This document shows, piece by piece, positions 20,907 through 30,240 of a stretch of DNA of 64,000 nt. Below the pieces are notes generated by a model. It saw nothing but the letters and a program-made list of their open reading frames with translations. It did no database searches and was not told where the DNA came from. The DNA is taken from NCBI GenBank assembly GCA_949289345.1, contig CASENS010000035.1, positions 5,803 through 69,802 of the forward strand. Direction: 5' to 3'. This DNA comes from an uncultured Bacteroides sp. GTDB lineage: Bacteria > Bacteroidota > Bacteroidia > Bacteroidales > Bacteroidaceae. Numbering within the stretch: the first letter of the stretch is position 1; every line of letters starts with the position of its first letter. The translations under genes and the position numbers were made by a program.

Positions 20907-22721
20907 TTACTCGCGGTCGAGCGAATGGCAAATTTCCTCGTTGACCCGACGCACCTCGGCCTCATTCAGCTTGATCACTTTACGGTCGTAAGTCATCAGG
21001 CCGTTAATCTCCACTTCCACATCAGTGGTCTGCGTATAGACAGCAGCGGAGAAGCCATGTTTGGAGAGGTCCAGCAGCTGACGGGCATACTTGACATACT
21101 CCGCCGTTGCCTCATCGGAGTTCTTGAACTGGACATAGCCCCAGTTACGCTTGGTTTCCCACGTGTGTCCCTCAAGAGGCAGACCGATGCCACCGTACTC
21201 ACCCAACACGGTGGGGCGGGAAGCGTCGTACAGATATAGTTCCGGAGCAGGATATTTGTGCAGGTCCAGCATATCGCCACAAGCATAGTGGTTGCCACCA
21301 CTGGCAGGATTGACAAGACGGGAGGGGTCGTACCGCTTGGTCCATGCCACAATCTCCGGCGTTTTGAATTGCCCCCAAGCTTCGTTAAAGGGTACCCATA
21401 CGCCAATGCAAGGGTAAGAATACAGGTAGTCGATGATTTCCTTCCACTCCTTGCGGTAATTGGCTTCGGACTCCGGCGAGCGGGTCACGTCACGGCCGTC
21501 AAAATACCGGGCAGACTGCCACTCCGGACTACGGTCGCCATTGGGCATATCCTGCCAGACAATGACACCAAGGCGGTCGCAATGGGTGTACCAGCGGGCG
21601 GGTTCTACCTTGACGTGCTTGCGTATCATGTTAAAGCCGAAGTCTTTGGCCTTCCGAATGTCATAGGCCAAAGCCTCATCAGAAGGAGCGGTATAAAGCC
21701 CATCGGGCCACCAGCCTTGGTCCAAGGGTCCGAACTGAAACAGGTCACGGTTGTTCAGTTGCAAACGGACGATGCCGTCAGCATCCCGGCGGGTGGAATA
21801 TTTACGCATGGCAGCATAACTCTTCACCCGGTCTGCTAATTTGCCATTGGCATAGAGACGGACATCAAGGTCGTAAAGGAAAGGATGGTCGGGCGACCAC
21901 AGGTGCACATTGCCTGGCATGCTGACTTCCACAGGCACACCATACAATGCAGCCGCGGAAGCGACCTGTGTTTCTCCATCGAAAACAGAGACTTCAACAC
22001 GGTCGATGCCCCGGCCATTGGCGCATACATTCAGCGTAAGAAGATTACGGTCAATATCGGGCACGGTACGAAGCGTCTCGATGTACTGCTGCGGAACAGG
22101 TTCCAGCCAGACAGTCTGCCAGATGCCACTTACAGGCGTGTACCAGATGCCATGCGGGTGATTGGACTGTTTACCACGGGGTTGGTAGCTGTCATCGGTA
22201 GGGTCCCACACCTTGACAGTCAACTGGTTGCTTCCCTTGCGCAAGGCGGAGCTGATGTCGAAACTGAAAGGAGTAAAGCCTCCGGTGTGGGTACCGACCT
22301 TGATGTCGTTCACCCACACGTCCGTTTTCCAGTCCACCGCACCGAAGTGGAGCAACACGCGCTGTCCTTTCCAAGCGGAAGGCACTTCGAAAGAACGCCG
22401 GTACCAAAGTTCATTCTCCTGCCCCAACCGCCGGCCTACCCCACTGAGACTGGACTCAATGGCGTAGGGAACCAATATCTGTCCGTCAAACTTGTCCGAG
22501 ACAGGAGTTCCTGCAGGAAGGATGGCATAGTCCCACAGTCCGTTCAAATTCAACCAAGCTTCACGCTCCATGATGGGGCGGGGATACTCCGGCAGAACGT
22601 TCTCCACATCCATCCGCTCCGCCCACTCAGTACGGATGCGGTCGCCTGCGGGTTTCCATTGGGCGTCTGCCCACGGACTACCCAAGCAAAGGGCTAATGT
22701 TAATGTAACAATCTTCTTCAT
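20907..22721 (-). CDS. GH2-family glycoside hydrolase (beta-galactosidase/beta-glucuronidase-like)
   Basis: 604 aa with a signal peptide. Sugar-binding domain WYRRSFEVPSAWKGQRVLLHFGAVDWKTDVWVNDIKVGTHTGGFTPFSFDIS, and TIM-barrel segment GFNMIRKHVKVEPARWYTHCDRLGVIVWQDMP...VPFNEAWG. Confidence 0.85.
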   Translation of the reverse strand: MKKIVTLTLALCLGSPWADAQWKPAGDRIRTEWAERMDVENVLPEYPRPIMEREAWLNLNGLWDYAILPAGTPVSDKFDGQILVPYAIESSLSGVGRRLGQENELWYRRSFEVPSAWKGQRVLLHFGAVDWKTDVWVNDIKVGTHTGGFTPFSFDISSALRKGSNQLTVKVWDPTDDSYQPRGKQSNHPHGIWYTPVSGIWQTVWLEPVPQQYIETLRTVPDIDRNLLTLNVCANGRGIDRVEVSVFDGETQVASAAALYGVPVEVSMPGNVHLWSPDHPFLYDLDVRLYANGKLADRVKSYAAMRKYSTRRDADGIVRLQLNNRDLFQFGPLDQGWWPDGLYTAPSDEALAYDIRKAKDFGFNMIRKHVKVEPARWYTHCDRLGVIVWQDMPNGDRSPEWQSARYFDGRDVTRSPESEANYRKEWKEIIDYLYSYPCIGVWVPFNEAWGQFKTPEIVAWTKRYDPSRLVNPASGGNHYACGDMLDLHKYPAPELYLYDASRPTVLGEYGGIGLPLEGHTWETKRNWGYVQFKNSDEATAEYVKYARQLLDLSKHGFSAAVYTQTTDVEVEINGLMTYDRKVIKLNEAEVRRVNEEICHSLDRE

Positions 22722-22741
22722 GGTCTATTCATTATTTTAAG

Positions 22742-25303
22742 TCAATAATCCGCTTTCCATCCCACTGTTCGCAGGAACCAGTCAGCATCCTCGGATTTCA
22801 ACCCTTGACGGCGGAGGACACCGGGCAGGTCGGTCCAGCACCGGCGGAACTCGGCAACGCGGTCAGCAAATTGCTCGGGATAGTACATCAGCGCTTCGGC
22901 AAGGCTACCCATACGCCCCATTTCTTCCTTGAAACAAATGTAGGAATTGCGATATTTCAAGGCTTCCATAGCCTTCGCCATGCGGCGGGCAGCACCGAGG
23001 AGGCCATTTAAATCAGGTTGGCTACCGCCTGCATAATCAATTTCCACCTTTTTCTCCTGGTTACAAGGCAGCAAGGGAAGCTCGATTAAAAGAGCCAATT
23101 CGTCACCCAAATAGGTATAGGGAACAGGACTGCCGTTGACGGTGACGGTCTGCGGAAGGTCGGAAGCCAGCACTTTGACCTGGAAAGGTCGGGCATCGGG
23201 CATTCCTTGGTAGGAGCCTTGACGTGCGCCGATGGTAACCGTCAGCTTGTCCTCTTGACGAAAGGACTCCAGCCGCGTAGTGGCGTATTGCGAAGCATAA
23301 TGCTTATCGTTGCCGTTATCTTCATAGAATAGGAAAGAAGCATTTCCTGTTCCACCGGGAAAGACCGCAACAGTAATCTTTTCGGCCAGACCGTCAAGGT
23401 TCATGACCTGATCCGTATAGAACGGAAGTATGGCACCTGCCCTGACGTATACAGGATATTCGTCAAGTGCAAAAGGACGTTCCACTATCTTGTCGCCAGG
23501 AAGCAACGTCCCGGTAGCCCACTCGTACCAATCGCCTTGAGGCAACCAGGTGGAAACCTTCAAGTAACCGTCATCGGCCACAGGAGCGGTAGCGGGAGAC
23601 ACGAGGAGATGGTCGCCGAAAAAGTATTCGCAGGAGTGACAGTAGGCTTCAGTGGCATCGGGACACTCATAGTAGAGAGGACGACAAAGGGAAAGTCCCT
23701 CATCGTAAGCGCGACGAGCCATAGTATAAATGTAGGGCACAAGGTCGTAACGCTGGCGAATGGTCTGCCGGATAATGTCGCTGTAAGGTCGTGCAAAAGC
23801 CCATGGTTCTTTGTTCAGTCCGGCACTTTTCTGCGAATGCGTACGCATAATGGGGTTAAACGCACCGAATTGCAGCCATCGTACATACATCTCAGGATCG
23901 ATGGAACTGCCTATGTGTCCGCCAAGGTCGTGGCTCCAATAACCATAGAGCACATTGGAGGCTGTGGAATTGAAAAATGGCTGATAGGCAAGCGACTTCC
24001 AAGAAACGACAGCATCGCCCGAAAAGCCCACCTGGTAACGATGATTGCCCAAACCGCCCCAACGGTGATAAAGCATGGGACGGGTATTGCGGTCGCGTTC
24101 CATCCGGCTAAAGAATGCGTAGTTTATCCACCAGGTATTGCTCAGACTGTCCAGTTTGGAGTCATACATGCCTTGCTGCCAATCCAACCACCAAAAGTCC
24201 ACACCTGCTTTTTCCATGGGAGAGAGGATATGCCGGAACATGTTGTCCATAAAACGCTTGTCCGAGTTGACCCAAGGAATGGTCTGTTTGCCGGCAGGGT
24301 CGAGTCCCATGTCACGCGCCATATCCGGATATTGTTCTTCGTAAGCGGCGACACCTCCGGCAGGATGCAGGTTGAGCGTAATCTTCACATCTTGCTCTTT
24401 GAGGTATTGCAAGAAATTTTCGGGCGAAGGAAAGAGGTCCCGGTTCCAAGTCCAGCCAGTCCAAGCCCCTTTACCTTTTTCCGTATAGTGCCAGTCCATG
24501 TCGACCACCAGGACATCAAGAGGTATGGCATAGGTGTGGAAATTATCAATCAATCGGCGGAATTCCTTGTCGGAATACAACCAATAGCGCGACCACCAAT
24601 AGCCGAAAGCATAACGCGGCGGAAGGGGCACCTTCCCTGCAAAAAGTGTATAGTCGCGCAATGCAGTCTTGTAGTCGTGACCATAAGCCATGAAGTACCA
24701 GTCCTGGCATTCGCCTGCAGGACGTTTCTTCACCCATTCCCAGTCCTCATCATTATCAAACAGGTAACTGCGCGAATCATCAATCAATGTCCATCCGTCG
24801 GTAGCCAACAAGCCATCCTCCAAACGAAGCGTGTCACCCTTTTGCGAATCGCTTACCCAAGTTTGCGTCTGGCGATTACCGTCCATTCCGTCCAAAGTGC
24901 GGTACGTACCTTTCAGATTTCCTTTTTGGCACATGCCGGGCTTCCACGTGAAAGGAACAGAAAGGTTTCGGGATGTGATGGAAAGGTTGTCCGCCGTGAA
25001 GCGTCCACTATCCTTGCGATAGCGCAACTTCATCTTCGGAGTAATAATCTCAATCCAGCCACCACGGATGCGGGAACGGTAATCCACAGCGGGATAGAGA
25101 CGTTGAACAGCGAGTTGCGACTTGTCATCAACAAATTGTCCGTCAGTGGTGTACTCCAGGCGAAGAACACCGTCTGCAATAACCGTGAAGCGTACATGCG
25201 CATCGCGATAGGCAATGTTAGACTGAAGTGCCTGCGCACGGCACACGGCGGTGGAGGCAAACAGAACGCTGACAAGAGCAGCGATGGTTAATATCCATTT
25301 CAT
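22742..25303 (-). CDS. GH31-family glycoside hydrolase
   Basis: The track ORF runs to 25420. I prefer the ATG at 25303 (CAT 25301-25303), which gives MKWILTIAALVSVLFASTAVCRAQA, a signal peptide. GH31-like barrel segments: IPLDVLVVDMDWHY and AGVDFWWLDWQQG. Confidence 0.85.
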   Translation of the reverse strand: MKWILTIAALVSVLFASTAVCRAQALQSNIAYRDAHVRFTVIADGVLRLEYTTDGQFVDDKSQLAVQRLYPAVDYRSRIRGGWIEIITPKMKLRYRKDSGRFTADNLSITSRNLSVPFTWKPGMCQKGNLKGTYRTLDGMDGNRQTQTWVSDSQKGDTLRLEDGLLATDGWTLIDDSRSYLFDNDEDWEWVKKRPAGECQDWYFMAYGHDYKTALRDYTLFAGKVPLPPRYAFGYWWSRYWLYSDKEFRRLIDNFHTYAIPLDVLVVDMDWHYTEKGKGAWTGWTWNRDLFPSPENFLQYLKEQDVKITLNLHPAGGVAAYEEQYPDMARDMGLDPAGKQTIPWVNSDKRFMDNMFRHILSPMEKAGVDFWWLDWQQGMYDSKLDSLSNTWWINYAFFSRMERDRNTRPMLYHRWGGLGNHRYQVGFSGDAVVSWKSLAYQPFFNSTASNVLYGYWSHDLGGHIGSSIDPEMYVRWLQFGAFNPIMRTHSQKSAGLNKEPWAFARPYSDIIRQTIRQRYDLVPYIYTMARRAYDEGLSLCRPLYYECPDATEAYCHSCEYFFGDHLLVSPATAPVADDGYLKVSTWLPQGDWYEWATGTLLPGDKIVERPFALDEYPVYVRAGAILPFYTDQVMNLDGLAEKITVAVFPGGTGNASFLFYEDNGNDKHYASQYATTRLESFRQEDKLTVTIGARQGSYQGMPDARPFQVKVLASDLPQTVTVNGSPVPYTYLGDELALLIELPLLPCNQEKKVEIDYAGGSQPDLNGLLGAARRMAKAMEALKYRNSYICFKEEMGRMGSLAEALMYYPEQFADRVAEFRRCWTDLPGVLRRQGLKSEDADWFLRTVGWKADY

Positions 25304-25450
25304 GATATTGGTACATTTAAAGTTTCTGATAGAGCAAAAGTAGAATTTTGAAGGAGTGGAAAATAGCAGAAATGTACCAAAAAGAAGTACAATCGTGTCA
25401 AGCATTCCACTAAGAGACATTTTTACTATATAAATTGGACGAAAAGGAAT

Positions 25451-25458
25451 TATCTTTG
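25451..25458 (+). promoter_or_regulatory. Candidate -7 box (TAnnTTTG) facing the GH63-like gene
   Basis: TATCTTTG at 25451-25458 lies 373 nt upstream of the ATG at 25831, which is an unusually long leader. The leader contains the GC-rich palindromic element. Confidence 0.35.
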
Positions 25459-25548
25459 TCCATTATCTGATGTTAAGTAACTAATCAAATTTATACTAAA
25501 TGATAATTTAGCGGAGTGTTTATATGGCACACTGATGGTAATTTAATT

Positions 25549-25738
25549 CTCCTCCTTCTGGAAGGAGGAGTACCCGTAGGGGGAGGTGGTAGGATAAATA
25601 TGCCGCGTAAGCGACTCCTATTTCTATATAATATAAATAGGTCGAACCACTCTTGTCCTACCACCCCGCCCGGTGGGCACCTACCCCCTCCTTGCTCCCC
25701 CGTTATCGGGGGAGAGCAACCTTCCGGAAGGAGGGGAG
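25549..25738. repeat. GC-rich multi-hairpin palindromic element with an AT-rich core
   Basis: ctcctccttc/gaaggaggag forms a 10-bp stem (25549-25570). ggtggtagg (25585-25593) pairs with cctaccacc (25657-25665) across an AT-rich core. ctcccccg-ttat-cgggggag spans 25695-25714. The palindrome ccttccggaagg spans 25720-25731. Confidence 0.75.
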
Positions 25739-25830
25739 TTTGTTTTCATTCACTTTAGGCGTATAAATTCCCATTTATAATATAGGCTGATTTTGTTCAC
25801 TTACTTCTCAATAAAAAAAATAAAACAACA

Positions 25831-28575
25831 ATGAAAAAAGCATCGTTACTTATCCTCGCAGGCATCCTGTGTACTTCCTACGTAGCATGGGGCACGAACG
25901 ACATACCCTCCTCCTGTCTGACTAACAGCCATGACATCATAACCCTAAACTCATGGGGACCTTACTCTAAGCGCTACGCGGGCATCTCACACATCCCAGA
26001 CCTACAGAAAGGAATTCGGTTCGACTTTTCCGTAATGCCCGGTTATTACCGCAACCGCCAATTAGTTCCCCATGTTTTGTTCGAATCATCGTACTATCCT
26101 TGGAACATCAGTCCCGAAATGGACCGTATCACCTACCGGTATGAACTGGAATGGAAAGACAGAGTATACGCTGATGTAACATATTTCGTACTGAACGACT
26201 CTACGACCTATGTGGAAATGGATTGCGTCAACCGGACAGACATCAACCAAAACCTAACCCTGAACCTAATGGCTTACATCGACTATGAAAACGAACAGCC
26301 CCGTTACGCCCTAAAAGGCAACGGGAAGATGACCTGGCAAAACGCCATTGACTATCAACAATGCGAATCGGAATATAAATCGCCCCAATACAATCTGATC
26401 TACGACGGAGCTAAACGCTACGAAGAACGAACGGCAGACGCACTTAGCGGATTTGCCTTAGGAAAAGAATTCGGCAAAAATGAAGGAGACCGTGTAAGCT
26501 ACCGAATAGATGTACCAGCCGGAAAGGAAAGAGGAATACTCATGCTACGATACAGAACAAAGGACGGAGAAACAGCCCGCTTCCGGTCGAAAGGCCTCAT
26601 AAACGGAGAAGTGGAACTGAAAGGACACGGCGACTACACACTGGCGGCCTTGCCTTATACCTGCAACAACCCGGGTGTCTACACTTGGGAACTCTGCTCG
26701 GAAGGAACAGCCGCCACAAGTTTGGACGGCTTCTTTATCGGGAACAGCCAAGATACCACACATACGGACATCGTATCCAACCCTCCCTCATTTACACCTA
26801 TTATATATAAAGGAGAGAATGGCAGAGACATCACATTGAAATACGCCCTATGTGACAACTACTACGGCATAGCCTGGAACTATACGGATTGCGTCGTCCG
26901 TGAGGTTCTTGATGACAATTTGGAATCTTTCTTTCGCAAGAAAACGCACGACCACGTGTCCCACAAACTGACAGGCAATAGAAAATGGCACTACGCCAAC
27001 GCCTTCCTGCGGCCTATTATCCTCACACCCAATTCACACCAAACAATAAGTGCCTTGTTATGCACAGGCACTGCGGAAAGCGTAAAAGCCCAGATAGCCC
27101 GTTTTCATCAGGCACCGGATGCCTGTTCAGCCCTTGTTTCTGACCGCAACCGGCGACAGCCTGCAACGCTACCTGCCGGAAAGAAATATGCATTCGGAAA
27201 CCAGATGTTGCAAGCAGCCTTACTATCCAATGTAGTTTATCCCGTACATACCCAAGGACAATACATCCGCCACTTTACGCCCGGCAAGAACTGGAACAGC
27301 CTCTATACATGGGACTCCGGATTCATCGCCGAAGGATTGATAGACATAGACCCGATAAAAGCCTTTGAGTGCATCCGGGCCTATACAACCGAACGAAGCA
27401 ATCAGTCGGCCTTCATCCATCACGGTACGCCGCTGCCTATCCAGATGTACGCCACTTTCGACCTATGGAACCACTTACAAGACAAAGAAGCACTGGCTTA
27501 TCTGTATCCACGGTTGAAACAATTCTTCAATTTCATGACAGGCGCCTGTCCCACATCTACAACCCGGATGAAAAACACCTGGTTGCTACGTACATGGGAC
27601 TATTTTTATAACTCCGGCGGTTGGGACGACTATCCGCCTCAAAAGGCATTGAAGGACAAAGTCCACGTAACGCCTGTAGTCAGCACAGCCTACTATATAC
27701 GCGCAGCAAAAATACTACGTCTCGCCGCTCAGGAATTGGGACTGAAAAAGGACGTGAAAACATACGAACAGACGATTAAAAAGATGACCTACTCTCTGCA
27801 AACATATTCTTGGGATGAAGGAAGCGGATACTTCAGCTATGTGATACATGATGATAACGGAAATGCAAAAGACATCTATCGCTACAAGGACGGTTCCAAC
27901 TTCAATCAAGGAATGGACGGCACAAGGCCACTCATAGCAGGTATCTGCACCCCAATGCAAATCCAAAGACTTTTAGGGCATCTTTTCTCGCCAGACGAAA
28001 TGTGGACACCCGTAGGAATCTCCACCGTAGACCAGTCCGCCCCCTACTTCCGCAACGACGGTTATTGGAACGGAGCCGTCTGGTTTCCCCACCAATGGCT
28101 GACGTGGAAAGCCCTGTTGGATTTAGGCGAAGGCGACAAAGCATACCAAGTGGCCTCCACAGCTCTTGACACATGGGAAAAAGAATGTCGGGAAAGCTAC
28201 TACACATTCGAACATTTCATTATCTCCTCACGGCGCGGAGCAGGTTGGCACCAATTTTCGGGACTGTCCTCGCCATTGCTCAACTGGTATGCCGCCTATT
28301 TCCGTACCGGCAAGGTATCCACAGGCTTTGAAATCTGGCTGAAACAATCACTGTTCAACAAAGACTATACCCGCTATGACGCCACACTGACATTTGATGA
28401 TACGTCCAAGCCCCACGAACGCACTATGCTGGTCTGCATGAATCCAGCGAATCGTTATGAAGCCACCTTCAACGGCAAAAAGATAACTTGTAAGGAACGC
28501 CACGACGGGCTGGTAGAAATCACACTCCCTGCCACAAACCTGCAAGGAAGGCTGTGCATCAGTCCCCGAACGTAG
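25831..28575 (+). CDS. Putative (alpha/alpha)6-barrel glycoside hydrolase, GH63/trehalase-like
   Basis: 914 aa with a signal peptide. The C-terminal half has NSLYTWDSGFIAEG, YNSGGWDDYPPQ and DGYWNGAVWFPHQWLTWKAL, which resemble GH63/GH37-clan motifs. The family call is by eye only. Confidence 0.6.
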   Translation: MKKASLLILAGILCTSYVAWGTNDIPSSCLTNSHDIITLNSWGPYSKRYAGISHIPDLQKGIRFDFSVMPGYYRNRQLVPHVLFESSYYPWNISPEMDRITYRYELEWKDRVYADVTYFVLNDSTTYVEMDCVNRTDINQNLTLNLMAYIDYENEQPRYALKGNGKMTWQNAIDYQQCESEYKSPQYNLIYDGAKRYEERTADALSGFALGKEFGKNEGDRVSYRIDVPAGKERGILMLRYRTKDGETARFRSKGLINGEVELKGHGDYTLAALPYTCNNPGVYTWELCSEGTAATSLDGFFIGNSQDTTHTDIVSNPPSFTPIIYKGENGRDITLKYALCDNYYGIAWNYTDCVVREVLDDNLESFFRKKTHDHVSHKLTGNRKWHYANAFLRPIILTPNSHQTISALLCTGTAESVKAQIARFHQAPDACSALVSDRNRRQPATLPAGKKYAFGNQMLQAALLSNVVYPVHTQGQYIRHFTPGKNWNSLYTWDSGFIAEGLIDIDPIKAFECIRAYTTERSNQSAFIHHGTPLPIQMYATFDLWNHLQDKEALAYLYPRLKQFFNFMTGACPTSTTRMKNTWLLRTWDYFYNSGGWDDYPPQKALKDKVHVTPVVSTAYYIRAAKILRLAAQELGLKKDVKTYEQTIKKMTYSLQTYSWDEGSGYFSYVIHDDNGNAKDIYRYKDGSNFNQGMDGTRPLIAGICTPMQIQRLLGHLFSPDEMWTPVGISTVDQSAPYFRNDGYWNGAVWFPHQWLTWKALLDLGEGDKAYQVASTALDTWEKECRESYYTFEHFIISSRRGAGWHQFSGLSSPLLNWYAAYFRTGKVSTGFEIWLKQSLFNKDYTRYDATLTFDDTSKPHERTMLVCMNPANRYEATFNGKKITCKERHDGLVEITLPATNLQGRLCISPRT

Positions 28576-29584
28576 CCTCTTCCTCCAGGCGGGCTCCAGG
28601 CGGCAAGTGGTAAGGCTTGATGTCAAGTTCCGTCTGTGCCTGTTTGAGGAAAAAGTAGTCGGTTGTGCGATTGCGGCGCAGGATTTCACGGTCGCGACGG
28701 TCGCCCTCATCCAAAGCGTTCTTGATGCCTGGTTCCAGCTGGCGCCACATTGCTTTCAGATTACGGAGCGTGGCCTGCTTGCTTCCGTCGCCAGTGTCCT
28801 CTATGTTCCGACGGGCAAAGCGATGCACTATCTCACCGAAGTTAGGCATTGAGACAAGAGCGGTGGCTGCACGGTGGCGTTCGGGTGAGCCAGGCTTTTC
28901 GCTACAGATTATCTGCGCCAGATGCCATACCTTTTCTTCTTCATACACCTGCTTCTTAAGGGGCGAAAGACCGTCCTTGTCCATAAAGGTGATGTAGGTC
29001 AGCATGTCCTCAACGTAGTCCGTAACGTAAATGCCTTGGCGGGCTATCCAAAACTTATTGTGCTGTCCTTCGCGTACACCCACATCGGCACACTTGTAGT
29101 ATGTGCCTGGAAAACTCTCCGGATTGTGAAGTTGGAAATACAGGGGCACAGGCATGGCTCCGATGTCGATGCCTCGCGGGACGAGGTGACGTTCCTTGTA
29201 GCGTTCAACGAAATGCATGGTGAAGCGCTCTACAAACAACCGGTTCAGGCTGTTAAGGAAGATGTACTCGGTGCCAGTAGTGCGATATACAGGAATATAG
29301 ATGAAGTACTGGCACACCATCTCGCCCATCGTACCGGGCAGGTGGTCAAAACAGAAGTAGGTTCTCCACACGTTGCGCCGGCGTGTGGGCCACTGGCGCT
29401 GCTCCACGGTACGGGGCAGAAGACTGCGAGGCACATCATTGACCTGTAGTCCGCTTTTGACGGAGAGGTCGGCATGACGGTGGCTAAAACGTTCGATAGC
29501 CATACGTATCTTGCCGGAAAGCTCAAAAAAATCCCGGCGGGCTTCTTGCCGTATCTCCGCATCAGTCATAGTAGAAGTGAACAT
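28559..29584 (-). CDS. Hypothetical cytoplasmic protein, no family recognised
   Basis: 341-aa ORF with no signal peptide. It has its own -7 box 22 nt upstream and follows a terminator that ends the upstream gene. Its 3' end overlaps the convergent GH63-like gene by 17 nt. Confidence 0.6.
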   Translation of the reverse strand: MFTSTMTDAEIRQEARRDFFELSGKIRMAIERFSHRHADLSVKSGLQVNDVPRSLLPRTVEQRQWPTRRRNVWRTYFCFDHLPGTMGEMVCQYFIYIPVYRTTGTEYIFLNSLNRLFVERFTMHFVERYKERHLVPRGIDIGAMPVPLYFQLHNPESFPGTYYKCADVGVREGQHNKFWIARQGIYVTDYVEDMLTYITFMDKDGLSPLKKQVYEEEKVWHLAQIICSEKPGSPERHRAATALVSMPNFGEIVHRFARRNIEDTGDGSKQATLRNLKAMWRQLEPGIKNALDEGDRRDREILRRNRTTDYFFLKQAQTELDIKPYHLPPGARLEEEATFGD

Positions 29585-29605
29585 AAACGAATATATTTAG
29601 CTTAC

Positions 29606-29613
29606 CAAAAATA
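29606..29613 (-). promoter_or_regulatory. -7 box (TAnnTTTG) for the 341-aa orphan gene
   Basis: Plus strand caaaaata equals minus strand TATTTTTG, 22 nt upstream of the ATG at 29584. Confidence 0.5.
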
Positions 29614-29700
29614 AAGTTTCCATCCGACATACACAACACCTTGCAGTTTTTTTTGCGAAAACCCGATCAGACCACACTTTTCCCCTGCACTTTATGGAAC

Positions 29701-29740
29701 ACAAAAAGCCCGTACACAACCCTCACGGCTATGTACGGGC
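29701..29740 (-). terminator. Rho-independent terminator after the PepSY-like gene
   Basis: The 9-bp stem gcccgtaca (29708-29716) / tgtacgggc (29732-29740) is followed on the minus strand by TTTTTGT (plus acaaaaa, 29701-29707). It lies 48 nt after the stop at 29788. Confidence 0.7.
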
Positions 29741-29787
29741 CATTATCATAAACAGATTTAAAACAGGAACAGGTTTAACTCATGTCA

Positions 29788-30240
29788 TTAAAAAATGGTG
29801 CCGTCCTCTTCAATGTTCAAATAGATATCCCGCTCGCCCTGCTCCATTTCTACGACATAATAATCGTTCGTGGGGGTTTCAACGAGATCTATATCTTCTA
29901 TCTGATAATCCGGATGCTGAGCCGAAGCCGCATTGAGTACAGCCGAAGGCACTTCACTATAAGGCGGATTAAGGTCGGTCTCTGTCATTTGCCAGACATA
30001 GTCCGGTGAGAACCAAGCCGTTTTCTCATAATTATCTTCCCAGAAGTCGGCTTCGTAGGCATTGCGCCGTCCGTCCCATTCCCATTGCACAAAGCGTATG
30101 TCCACTTTGGGGAATTGCGCTTCGAAAGCATTAGTCAACTGGGCATCGGCTACAATATCCTTATCATCATCATCGCAACTTTGAAATCCCAAAGGCAGCA
30201 ATCCTAAAGCCATTCCTAATACTAAATTTTTCAGTTTCAT
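29788..30240 (-). CDS. PepSY-like (putative beta-lactamase-inhibitor-like) lipoprotein
   Basis: 150 aa with lipobox LGFQSCDDD. It carries two repeats of the PepSY-like pattern (NAFEAQFPKVDIRFVQWEWDG...YEADF and SAVLNAASAQHPDYQIEDIDLVETP...YYVVEMEQG). Confidence 0.75.
   Translation of the reverse strand: MKLKNLVLGMALGLLPLGFQSCDDDDKDIVADAQLTNAFEAQFPKVDIRFVQWEWDGRRNAYEADFWEDNYEKTAWFSPDYVWQMTETDLNPPYSEVPSAVLNAASAQHPDYQIEDIDLVETPTNDYYVVEMEQGERDIYLNIEEDGTIF

Noticed and set aside
20548-20931. 127-aa minus-strand ORF upstream of SusC (and 20468..20695, 20747..20965)
   Set aside because: It is Cys/Phe/Leu-rich with no motifs. It overlaps the end of the GH2 gene and lies in an AT-rich leader.
23537-25291. 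584-aa plus-strand ORF
   Set aside because: It is entirely antisense to the GH31 gene. It is Arg/Val/Gly-rich with no recognisable motifs, the typical shadow ORF of a GC-rich coding region.
25516-25758. 80-aa ORF with GGGG/PPP runs; likewise the ORF segments at 36076..36495 and 41244..41528 containing PSPEGEG-like text
   Set aside because: These are translations of the GC-rich hairpin repeat elements. The apparent peptide similarity reflects nucleotide repeats, not genes.
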